A stretch of 64,000 bases of DNA from Escherichia phage EJP2: sequence record OQ411014.1, one strand, 5' to 3'. Below the pieces are notes generated by a model. That model was not told the origin of the DNA and did not search any database. It saw only the letters and a program-made list of their open reading frames with translations. Positions 46,527-55,721 of the stretch are shown in pieces (within the stretch, counting starts at the first letter, position 1; each line of letters starts with the position of its first letter). The position numbers were made by a program, and so were the translations under genes.

Positions 46527-48332
46527 ATGAAACATGATAAACTATACGCAGATGTGAACGATTTCTTGAGTCAGAGTAATCCTGATATTCTACAAGAGAA
46601 TGCTAACAAAGATTCCAAAATGGTGAATACTCACAGGGATTTACTCGCTGGGATACTTTCCAAACACTTCGCAGAGGAAGTTATCTCAGATGATTTGATG
46701 AAGTGGCATACTGAAGGTTATGGTCATATTCATGATTTAGATTACTACATTAGCCCGTTGACTAACTGTTGTTTAGTGAACTATCAAGAGATGCTAGAGA
46801 ATGGTTTCAAATTGGGTAATGCACAAGTTGGTTCCCCTAATAGCATTGGTGTAGCGTGTACAGTACTGACACAGATAGTACTGGCAGTTTCAGCTTCACA
46901 GTACGGTGGACAGTCCTTAGCTCACATTGATGCCGGATTAGCTCCGTATGTTCGGAAATCTCACGAACGTCTATTGAAGGAACAAGAAAAGTATAATCTA
47001 CCAGATGAATACGTTACTTCTGCTCTTGAGAAGGAAGTGTATGATTCTATGCAAGCAGTACTGTACCAAGTGAATACCATCACAAGTTCCAATGGACAAA
47101 CGCCTTTTATATCTATTAGCTTAGGTTTGGACACTTCTGTGTATGGTCGGATGATTACTTCTGCGTACTTGAAAGTTCATGAGAAAGGTCTAGGTAAAGA
47201 TGGTACTACTCCTGTATTCCCTAAAGTTATTTTCTTTTTGGATGAAGGTACTAACTTCAAGCCTAATGACCCAAATTACGATCTAAAGGTACAAGCGATG
47301 CAATGTGCATCAAAACGCATCTATCCTGACTTTGTTTCAGTACCGAAGAATAAAGAAGTAACTGGCAGTACAAGTACAGCAGTAACACCTATGGGTTGTC
47401 GTTCTTTCCTGTCACAATGGAAAAACGATGACGGTACTGAACAATACAACGGTCGCTTCAACTTAGGTGTAGTATCCATCAACTTACCGCTAATTGCTCT
47501 TGAAAGTCCGTCAGAAGAGGATTTCTATAGTAATGTGCGTCATCATATGGATATTGCATTCAGAGCACAGATGAACCGTGTAGAGCGTCTAAAGAGCATG
47601 AAAGCGAAGCAGAACCCTACACTTTTCATGGAAGGGGCAATTGCTCGTCTAAAAGCAGATGACACTATCGAAGAGCTATTTTATGATGGTTATGCGAGTA
47701 TTAGTATTGGATATGTCGGTTTAGCTGAATGTTCAGACATTTTACGTTCAGGACTGGATAAAGATTTTTGTGTAGAAATCCTGACCTTTATGAAAAATAT
47801 TTGTAATTCCTATACTGAAAACTCCAAAATCGCTTTTAGTCTGTACGGTACACCTGCGGAGTCATTATGCTACAAATTTGCGAAATGTATCGAGAAAAAG
47901 CATCCTTCAGTACTGAAACGTGATTTTATCACTAACTCATTCCATCAACCAGTTTGGGTGGATAGTACTCCATTTGAGAAGTTCAAATACGAAGAAGGGT
48001 TCTCTTTGCTCAGTAATGGTGGTAATATCAGTTACGTTGAAACTCCTAACCTTGCACAGAATATGAAGGCTCTAGAAGGTATTATTGACTATGCTTATCA
48101 CAGAATCCATTATTTTGGAATCAACCAGCCTGTTGACAGATGTTATGCTTGTCAGTTCAATGGTGAGTTCAAAGTAGATAAAAATGGGTTTCATTGTCCA
48201 CAATGTAATAACCGAGACGAAACGAAGATGTCTGTCATTAGACGTGTTTCTGGGTACTTGAGTTCTCCTAATAGCCGTCCTTTCAACAAAGGTAAGCAAC
48301 AGGAAGTAATTGTAAGGGTAAAACATAAATGA
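46527..48332 (+). CDS. nrdD: anaerobic ribonucleoside-triphosphate reductase (class III RNR)
   Basis: 601 aa; C-terminal zinc ribbon (CYACQ...HCPQC) and glycyl-radical motif RRVSGYL. Confidence 0.85.
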   Translation: MKHDKLYADVNDFLSQSNPDILQENANKDSKMVNTHRDLLAGILSKHFAEEVISDDLMKWHTEGYGHIHDLDYYISPLTNCCLVNYQEMLENGFKLGNAQVGSPNSIGVACTVLTQIVLAVSASQYGGQSLAHIDAGLAPYVRKSHERLLKEQEKYNLPDEYVTSALEKEVYDSMQAVLYQVNTITSSNGQTPFISISLGLDTSVYGRMITSAYLKVHEKGLGKDGTTPVFPKVIFFLDEGTNFKPNDPNYDLKVQAMQCASKRIYPDFVSVPKNKEVTGSTSTAVTPMGCRSFLSQWKNDDGTEQYNGRFNLGVVSINLPLIALESPSEEDFYSNVRHHMDIAFRAQMNRVERLKSMKAKQNPTLFMEGAIARLKADDTIEELFYDGYASISIGYVGLAECSDILRSGLDKDFCVEILTFMKNICNSYTENSKIAFSLYGTPAESLCYKFAKCIEKKHPSVLKRDFITNSFHQPVWVDSTPFEKFKYEEGFSLLSNGGNISYVETPNLAQNMKALEGIIDYAYHRIHYFGINQPVDRCYACQFNGEFKVDKNGFHCPQCNNRDETKMSVIRRVSGYLSSPNSRPFNKGKQQEVIVRVKHK

Positions 48333-48799
48333 ACTACCAAACTATCGTAATTGATGATATGGTGAACGGTGAGGGCATTCGCTGCTCTCTGTTCGTCAGT
48401 GGGTGCAGTCATGGCTGTGAAGGGTGTTTCAACGAAAAAGCGTGGGATTATCGCTCTGGATTTGAATACACTACCAGTACTGAAGAATGTATCCTAGAAG
48501 AGCTTCAGAAGGATTATGTGAGTGGTTTATCGCTATTAGGTGGTGATCCACTCATGCCGAAGAACATTATTGAGGTAATTGCTCTTTGTAAGAAAGTAAA
48601 GGAACAATTCCCAAATAAGACCATTTGGTGCTGGAGTGGGTACACTTTAGAGGAAATCCAAGAGAATCATGCTAAGGACGTATTACAGTACTTAGATGTT
48701 CTTGTGGATGGAAAGTTCGACTTAGAGAAGTATGACAGTACTGTTCAGTTCAGGGGTTCGAGTAATCAACGAATTCTGTATAAAGGTACTGACTTTTGA
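48329..48799 (+). CDS. nrdG: anaerobic RNR activating enzyme (radical SAM)
   Basis: cysteine cluster GCSHGCEGCF; ATGA overlap with nrdD. Confidence 0.8.
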   Translation: MNYQTIVIDDMVNGEGIRCSLFVSGCSHGCEGCFNEKAWDYRSGFEYTTSTEECILEELQKDYVSGLSLLGGDPLMPKNIIEVIALCKKVKEQFPNKTIWCWSGYTLEEIQENHAKDVLQYLDVLVDGKFDLEKYDSTVQFRGSSNQRILYKGTDF

Positions 48800-48803
48800 A
48801 TAT

Positions 48804-48826
48804 AGGCTCCTTTATGGAGCCTTTTC
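48804..48826 (+). terminator. intrinsic terminator
   Basis: AGGCTCC-TTTAT-GGAGCCT followed by a T run. Confidence 0.65.
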
Positions 48827-48840
48827 TATTATAAAGGAGG

Positions 48841-48848
48841 TATAAATA
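48841..48848 (+). promoter_or_regulatory. T4-late-promoter-like TATAAATA box
   Basis: exact TATAAATA 34 nt upstream of the fibre-like gene start. Confidence 0.3.
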
Positions 48849-48881
48849 AGTTATCGGATATCTATAACTAAGGGATATGAA

Positions 48882-51581
48882 ATGACTAAAAGAATTTATG
48901 GAGGCTTAGACGTTACTCATAACGTAACAGTTCAGGGCAAAAGGACAGTACAAGGTATCAATAATCAAGTATTCGATGCGAATGGTGATATGAAGATTAA
49001 TACCTATACTCAACAGGAATTACTCGATATTGTTAGCTTAATGCCAATATCACACTACGGTACTCACAACTACTTACCTGCTGGTGTTAGTGGGGACTTT
49101 AATGGTGCAGCGGAGAACCCAGCACAACGTAGAAACAAAATCCTACTGGAGAACGATGGTACACTAGTAATGCTACGTGCTGGTACAAACGGCAGTGTAG
49201 AAGGTTTATTCTATGCTTACCTACCAAATGCACTATCAGTTACTGATTTAGGTAGAGGTGTAAACACTGGTCGTCAGTACAAGCCAGGTTATTTTGGTAG
49301 TACTAAAACTGCTTTCGGTTTGTATAATACAGATGAGAACATTCTTCTAGGAAGATATTCTGATTCGTCAAATGGCAGTACTGGATGGTTTATTTCCATT
49401 ACTAACGGAACACTAGATGACACACAACATAATGGTTTCTTCTTGAATGCTTATACTGATATTGCCCCTCAAGGTGGTGTTGAATATGCAATGATGGCAG
49501 AAGATGGTTCAATTTACGTATTCAGTGTAGATACAAGTAATAACGAATTTAATATTGCAGTTGTTAGAGTTACTTTCAATTTGACGAATAAAACTTACAC
49601 AGCGTCAAGAATCACTGGTTGGACAACCAAGACGTTCTATAATACTACATATTCAGCAGATACTAATATTGTAGTGACGAAGAAAGTAAACTCAACTAAT
49701 ATCGCTGATAAGCCATATATGTACGTTCCGAATGGACTACTTGGTTTAGGTGTATACATGACGTCAATTGACTTGTGTGTAGCACAACAGCCAGGTACAC
49801 AGAACTTCCGCTTTAGAGTTAATGGTGATGCGTGGGCTACTATGGCAACGTATAATACCAGACCACAGCACAGTTATAGTTTCAACTTCAATATGAGTAC
49901 TAAACAATGTACGCTGGATGCAGGGAATGACATTGGTTCAAACGCAGCACCATTTATTGTTACTAATACAGGTTCACAATTAATTGCTTCTGGTAACGTA
50001 ATCAACCAAGATGATTTATATAATCACGGTGGGTGGAGAAACATTTATAGTTCTTACTATTACTTGGATATTGGTACAGTATTCTGTACTACGAGTCCTA
50101 ACTTGTCAGAACCATTGGGGATTGAAAAAGCAACATACCCAGCACAAAGTGTTTACAGTATGCTTAACGTAAGAGCAGTCAATGCATCAGCATTCAATAA
50201 AGGGAATCTTGGTCCTTCGTTCGGTTCAGCAGTTGGTTCTTACATTAACGGCGTAGAATTACTACCAGGTAACAGTACTAAACAATTCTCTCGTTCTTCT
50301 GGTACTGGTGCATTTAGACCATCATATGCAGTACATGCTGCTTCACCTACCTTTACGTTTAAATCTCTTTCAAGAGGTACAATGAAAGGTTATGAGCCTA
50401 CTGCTGAACGTGATTTCATTACAGATAATATAAACAACCGTATTTTCATTAGTACTGTATCTGGTTCGAATGTTACGACAAATGGTGGGATTTTCATGGT
50501 TGGTCAACGTTATTCACAGTCTTTGTCATTTGACAAACATGGTGTTGGTACTGGAACAATCTCGGTCACTGATTCAGTACTGGTAAATTTCAGAAATTCT
50601 GAATATGCAAAAGTACCTGCTTCATGGAATCTTTCTACAGCAGCAACTAAAGATATGACACTATTTGTTCCACAACAAACTGATATTCCTGCTTTTGTAA
50701 TGTTAAGTACTGTTACTACTGGAAATAAAAACTATATTAAGATTGTGGAAGTGAACGTTAATACCAGAAGTGGTAATATTACTTCAATTAGTTTTAAGCG
50801 TAATGTAATTGAAAACGTTTATGGTGATAGTTTTACACCAAATGGTGCTGGTGGTTTTGCTTCATCTTCTGTAGGTTTAACAATATATGATGGCGGTTCG
50901 TTCTACTTTATTGGTGGTTCAGATCCTTTATCTCACCCAACAATTGGCAATACGAATACACATCAATTCAGAGCTATTGTTACTAAAAGTACTGCACAAT
51001 TTGACAGCTTTATTATTTCAGGTTCACATGCTAGTTATGAACAGGGTATTCAACCTGCTGCTCTTCCTGGTATTGGCTTTGGGTATTTCCAAGCAATTGA
51101 CTACTCAAACAAAATGACATTCCAGAAATGTGGTACTACTGTTGCTGAATATAATGCATGGACAGCAATTGGTGATCCAATTAACGTAGTTTCACAAGAC
51201 GTTGCACAAGGATTTGTTGTTTACTTCAACGAAGAAACACCAGTAATGCTCAGTGGTAAGTCATTTACGATGCCAGTTCAAAGTGTTGATTTGAAAACTA
51301 TTAAAGCTAACCCAGCGAATACGACATTCCACATTTATGTGAGAATGAACCAAGGTAATGCAGAATATCATATAACTACTGAAGTTATTTCCGAAACTGG
51401 TAGTACTGCATATAACGTATTCTGGATTGGTACTGTTACTACGGATGCTATCCAAATCTCGACTATTAATGTATTCAAGCGTTCTCGTTTGGATGTATTT
51501 GGTGCATCACTTGAACCAACCGGATCATCATTCCCAGTGAGTTATGGTCTACCATCAGGCAACGGAACAATTAACTGGTAA
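48882..51581 (+). CDS. tail fibre / receptor-binding-like structural protein
   Basis: 899 aa, S/T/N/G/Y-rich and poor in charged residues; C-terminal ~110 aa module shared with the next two genes. Confidence 0.6.
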   Translation: MTKRIYGGLDVTHNVTVQGKRTVQGINNQVFDANGDMKINTYTQQELLDIVSLMPISHYGTHNYLPAGVSGDFNGAAENPAQRRNKILLENDGTLVMLRAGTNGSVEGLFYAYLPNALSVTDLGRGVNTGRQYKPGYFGSTKTAFGLYNTDENILLGRYSDSSNGSTGWFISITNGTLDDTQHNGFFLNAYTDIAPQGGVEYAMMAEDGSIYVFSVDTSNNEFNIAVVRVTFNLTNKTYTASRITGWTTKTFYNTTYSADTNIVVTKKVNSTNIADKPYMYVPNGLLGLGVYMTSIDLCVAQQPGTQNFRFRVNGDAWATMATYNTRPQHSYSFNFNMSTKQCTLDAGNDIGSNAAPFIVTNTGSQLIASGNVINQDDLYNHGGWRNIYSSYYYLDIGTVFCTTSPNLSEPLGIEKATYPAQSVYSMLNVRAVNASAFNKGNLGPSFGSAVGSYINGVELLPGNSTKQFSRSSGTGAFRPSYAVHAASPTFTFKSLSRGTMKGYEPTAERDFITDNINNRIFISTVSGSNVTTNGGIFMVGQRYSQSLSFDKHGVGTGTISVTDSVLVNFRNSEYAKVPASWNLSTAATKDMTLFVPQQTDIPAFVMLSTVTTGNKNYIKIVEVNVNTRSGNITSISFKRNVIENVYGDSFTPNGAGGFASSSVGLTIYDGGSFYFIGGSDPLSHPTIGNTNTHQFRAIVTKSTAQFDSFIISGSHASYEQGIQPAALPGIGFGYFQAIDYSNKMTFQKCGTTVAEYNAWTAIGDPINVVSQDVAQGFVVYFNEETPVMLSGKSFTMPVQSVDLKTIKANPANTTFHIYVRMNQGNAEYHITTEVISETGSTAYNVFWIGTVTTDAIQISTINVFKRSRLDVFGASLEPTGSSFPVSYGLPSGNGTINW

Positions 51582-51590
51582 GGAGAAATT

Positions 51591-52178
51591 ATGCCATTAC
51601 AATACAGAACGGACGTGAACGCAGCAGGACAAATTAAAGTACAGAATAAAACAACTGGTGTTTCTATTACATCAGGTAACGGTCAAGTATATTCTACAAC
51701 ATCTGCGGGGGCGATTACGTTCCCAGTACTGACAACTGATGATGTGGATTATATTACACTTGAATTACCACTCTCTCAGTTCGGAGAATTGTATGAGAAT
51801 ACTAGTCTTAATATTACAAGTACTGGTTTAGTACTGAAGTTTAATAGAATAATTCCACTCTTCATGAGTGGGATTTACTACGATGTTCCAGTTCAGAACA
51901 TCACAGCACAAGCTGCAACGTCAGGTACAGCAACATATTATGTGTATGTTAAACTAGAACTTGGTGCACCAAAATATTTCATCTCCAGAACAGAAGGTGT
52001 TGAGAACGAAATAACCATGTTCATAGGTACTATCACAGTAAGTACTACCACAATAACAGCAATCAATATTAACAAAGTTTCCAGATTCGGTACATACAGA
52101 CCGAGTACTACACAGAAAGGTTCTTCTTTCCCTGTCAGTACTGGACACCCTTCACAAACTGGTTCAATTAACTGGTAA
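51591..52178 (+). CDS. short paralog carrying only the fibre C-terminal module
   Basis: 195 aa; C-terminus RFGTYRPSTTQKGSSFPVSTGHPSQTGSINW matches the endings of both flanking large proteins. Confidence 0.55.
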   Translation: MPLQYRTDVNAAGQIKVQNKTTGVSITSGNGQVYSTTSAGAITFPVLTTDDVDYITLELPLSQFGELYENTSLNITSTGLVLKFNRIIPLFMSGIYYDVPVQNITAQAATSGTATYYVYVKLELGAPKYFISRTEGVENEITMFIGTITVSTTTITAININKVSRFGTYRPSTTQKGSSFPVSTGHPSQTGSINW

Positions 52179-52187
52179 GGAAATAAC

Positions 52188-54941
52188 ATGTCATCTAAAA
52201 GAGTAATAGGTTCAGTTGAGTTTTTAAGTAACTTAGCTGTAAATGGGAAATACGCAATGCGTTCCTTTAATGGTGTCAATCCAGATGCCAATACTGGTAT
52301 AATCACTTATCCATTTTATACCAGAGAAGAAGTTCAGAAGATTCTCGATATACTCCCTGTTTCACGTATAGGTGAAATGGACTATCTACCACCGAACGTA
52401 AGTGGTTCCTTTAGTGGAGCTACTTCATTCTCGAATGATCGCAGAGTTCAGCCATGTATTATTGAAGATGATGGTACAGCCGTAATTATTCGCCCTGGTA
52501 CGAATGGTAGTCAGTTTGATTTTTATTATGCTTACATCCGTAACGTCAGAAATATCCCAACTCTAACACAAAGTGATATTGTTCAGACGAATACCAGATA
52601 TCACCCATCATATCTTACTAGTACTCAAAAGATTGAACAATTTTACGGTACTGATGGATATGATCTTCTTTGGTACAGAGTTTCTGACTCAGTTAATAGT
52701 TCAAACTATTTTGCAATTACATTAACTAACGGTTCCTTTAACGTAGTAGGTCACCAACATGCTCTTATTCCACAAACATCTATGCCTAATTTCACACCAG
52801 CATATGCTCATATCGTGAATGGTTCAGTATACATGTGGGGCTATGACAGTACTTTAGGTTCAGGTAGAGCATTGAAGTTATACACTATCCCAACTAGTTC
52901 GTTGCGTTCTGGTGTTACTACTGGTTTAACTGCTGTCACTGGATTTAATGGAAAAACTATCAACGGTAATGCTTATACAGCAGCCAGTACTGCTAGGATT
53001 TATGATACATATGCAAGTACTACCAGTACTGCTGATTGCTTAATTCAATACACGTCTAACATGTATTCTCCTGAATATCACGACTACGCCATCTCCAATG
53101 CAATGGCGGCTGGTAATGCTGATAATACACAGATTCGTTTCACTATGTTCCCTACATATCGTTACGGTTCTGCGTATGGTTTTAGTGGTATATTCATGTA
53201 CGCAATTAGTTTAGTCTATAATATCAGTACTAAAACATTTACGTACGATACTACATCTTTAGGTAAAATTGTGGTGAATGCTACACTAAATGGTTCTACA
53301 ATGACCTATACAGAAACTGCTAACCCATATTTGGTTGATGCAACTTCATGGCGTGGTTTTGGTGCAAGTCTAGGTAACTGTGGAACAATCTGTCAAGCAG
53401 GTGATGGTTTCATGGTGAGTACTCGCTCTCGTTGGGCAAGTTCTGCTCCTTACGGTGTCAGTACTTCTAAGATTAATAACTTTACTTCTCAATTCGATTC
53501 TATTAAAATGACTGGTAGAAGTGTTACTGCAAATACTCAACTATTTGCTAACCCAATCTACGGTTCTGCAATTGGTGAGAACTTGATGGGTCCACGTCTG
53601 TTAAGTAAAACTCGTATGATTCTTGCATGTTCAGGTACATACGATGGTGTATCCAACGCAAGCTATGACAATACTGTAGTTGCGGACTTCGGTACTGATT
53701 CGAACTTCTCATACAAGTCAATGACTCAAGGTACACTTACTGGGTATGCACCACAAACGTATCGTAAATTCGCTAATAATGACAACTTCAGACTATCAGA
53801 ATTAGTAACACTAATGGACAGTACTGGTAATGTTCAAGCAAGTAGTACTGCATTCATCGAGAACGTTAAGTACACTGGTGGGATTGGTATTAACCCTGAT
53901 ACACTTGAATACACTGGCAGTACTGTTAATATGTCCAATGCAGTTATCCAATCACTTAAACAAGGTATTGCAACTTCTGCTGGTATTCCATTGAATACAA
54001 GTTTGCTTACAGTGTATTACATTCCTGATACATCATATTGCAATCACCAAGCAGTACTAATGGTTCGTAATCCTGATAACACTGGCGTTGTAGTACTAGC
54101 TGAAATGAATTTAACTACAAGTACTTCTGGAAGTACAATTACTGTTACTGGTGGTTCTGTAATAAGAACTTTCGTTCAGAACAGACCAAATATTACTTCA
54201 GTAAATGGTGGGAACTACGCTCGTAACGTTGGTGTTTGTGCTGGTAAATTCAGTGGTTTTAATTACCTTAGTGTTCACTCAGCGAATAACTTTGGTGTTC
54301 CTGGTGATGCAAGGTCTTATTCGTTCTTTGCAAAAGTTAAGGGTGGTGCTATAGTATCACAGAGAATCGATGAGTCCTATTATTCACAGACATATGGCAG
54401 GACTGGTGGTTTCCTACCAGGGAAAGGTTTCGGTTATTATGATAACTCAGTGAGTGATTACCAGACCAAATCCGTGTTCCAACTCTTCGGTACTACTGAA
54501 GCACAGATGGATGCACTAATTGCTGGTACTGGAACATCAACACCTGTTGTTGTTATGTCTCAAGAAGTTCCTGAAGGTTTTAGTGTTTACTTTACACAAG
54601 AACTACCAGTATTCTTAGGTGGTATGTACGATAAGCTACCAATCCAGACAGTTGATTTGAGAACTATCAAAGCTGATCCATCCAATACTACTTTCTATAT
54701 CTACGTATCAATGGATAGAAGTAAAGGTGAAGCATCATACGTTATCAGTACTGCACTCTTGGATGAAACTCTAACCAGAGCATTCATTGGTACTATTGTG
54801 ACTATTGATGCAGGTATTGACCGGATTGATGCAGAGAAGGTAACACGCTTCTTGACTTACAGACCAAGTACTTACAAGAGGGGTTCTGCAATCCCTGCGA
54901 GTACTGGTGTTCCATCTGGGACTGGTTCACGCTGGCATTAA
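52188..54941 (+). CDS. tail fibre / receptor-binding-like structural protein
   Basis: 917 aa; shares VDL(K/R)TIKA(N/D)P...TTF(H/Y)IYV and C-terminal motifs with 48882-51581. Confidence 0.6.
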   Translation: MSSKRVIGSVEFLSNLAVNGKYAMRSFNGVNPDANTGIITYPFYTREEVQKILDILPVSRIGEMDYLPPNVSGSFSGATSFSNDRRVQPCIIEDDGTAVIIRPGTNGSQFDFYYAYIRNVRNIPTLTQSDIVQTNTRYHPSYLTSTQKIEQFYGTDGYDLLWYRVSDSVNSSNYFAITLTNGSFNVVGHQHALIPQTSMPNFTPAYAHIVNGSVYMWGYDSTLGSGRALKLYTIPTSSLRSGVTTGLTAVTGFNGKTINGNAYTAASTARIYDTYASTTSTADCLIQYTSNMYSPEYHDYAISNAMAAGNADNTQIRFTMFPTYRYGSAYGFSGIFMYAISLVYNISTKTFTYDTTSLGKIVVNATLNGSTMTYTETANPYLVDATSWRGFGASLGNCGTICQAGDGFMVSTRSRWASSAPYGVSTSKINNFTSQFDSIKMTGRSVTANTQLFANPIYGSAIGENLMGPRLLSKTRMILACSGTYDGVSNASYDNTVVADFGTDSNFSYKSMTQGTLTGYAPQTYRKFANNDNFRLSELVTLMDSTGNVQASSTAFIENVKYTGGIGINPDTLEYTGSTVNMSNAVIQSLKQGIATSAGIPLNTSLLTVYYIPDTSYCNHQAVLMVRNPDNTGVVVLAEMNLTTSTSGSTITVTGGSVIRTFVQNRPNITSVNGGNYARNVGVCAGKFSGFNYLSVHSANNFGVPGDARSYSFFAKVKGGAIVSQRIDESYYSQTYGRTGGFLPGKGFGYYDNSVSDYQTKSVFQLFGTTEAQMDALIAGTGTSTPVVVMSQEVPEGFSVYFTQELPVFLGGMYDKLPIQTVDLRTIKADPSNTTFYIYVSMDRSKGEASYVISTALLDETLTRAFIGTIVTIDAGIDRIDAEKVTRFLTYRPSTYKRGSAIPASTGVPSGTGSRWH

Positions 54942-54954
54942 TTTAAACTCAATT

Positions 54955-54983
54955 GAGGTTGTCTATTGACAGCCTCTTTTTTT
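54955..54983 (+). terminator. intrinsic terminator
   Basis: GAGGTTGTC-TATT-GACAGCCTC followed by a T7 run. Confidence 0.65.
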
Positions 54984-54994
54984 CTTGATATAAT
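54966..54994 (+). promoter_or_regulatory. sigma70-type promoter overlapping the terminator
   Basis: TTGACA 54966-54971 lies in the terminator stem; TGaTATAAT ends at 54994. Confidence 0.5.
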
Positions 54995-55021
54995 GTTTAG
55001 ACTCATGGAAGGAGGAAAATT

Positions 55022-55333
55022 ATGCAATACAGAACACCAGTACTGATCAATCGATACAAAAGTAAAGACTTTGATGTTTACATTGGTCGTGGGACAAAAT
55101 GGGGAAACCCGTTCCCAATCGATGAAGCATGTGGTCAAACTCGCCTAATCGTTATTGAAATGTACAGACACCAAATGTATGAATGGCTAGAAAATGGAAC
55201 CATCACTGTTCAGGATATTTTGGATTTATCGGGAAAAACCATTGCATGTTCTTGTGCACCAAAGGCATGTCATGGAGATATAATCATAGAGGTATTCAAT
55301 GAAATAGTGAGTATGATGAATGCAGGAACATAA
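55022..55333 (+). CDS. DUF4326-like protein
   Basis: YIGRGTKWGNPF motif near the N-terminus, as I recall for DUF4326 proteins. Confidence 0.45.
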   Translation: MQYRTPVLINRYKSKDFDVYIGRGTKWGNPFPIDEACGQTRLIVIEMYRHQMYEWLENGTITVQDILDLSGKTIACSCAPKACHGDIIIEVFNEIVSMMNAGT

Positions 55334-55721
55334 AATATATGACATCATTAAAACTCTTAAAACTTGTAAGAGAGTAACATTATCTGAAAAAGTTTACTGC
55401 GGTTTAAATGATAAAAAGTGTATCATGTTCGATTGTATAGATGATGGTGAATCCAGCATTAGTATTGCTAGTCCTAAGAATCCTAATGGTGATTTTATCT
55501 TCTGTACAGTTACTGATGAACTTGAATTTGTACTCGTCAAGAGTGATGGTGCACAATCTGAAATCTTAGACTTGAGTACTGAAGATAGATTCTTTCAACG
55601 AAGTTTACTCTTTGACTTATCATTAACCTATGATGAGTATCAATCAGTACTTCATAATTTCAACAAATTTTATAACGGACTAATCAGTACTGTTATAATC
55701 TATTCAACCGAGGTCATATAA
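55320..55721 (+). CDS. hypothetical protein
   Basis: 133-aa ORF. Confidence 0.5.
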   Translation: MQEHKIYDIIKTLKTCKRVTLSEKVYCGLNDKKCIMFDCIDDGESSISIASPKNPNGDFIFCTVTDELEFVLVKSDGAQSEILDLSTEDRFFQRSLLFDLSLTYDEYQSVLHNFNKFYNGLISTVIIYSTEVI

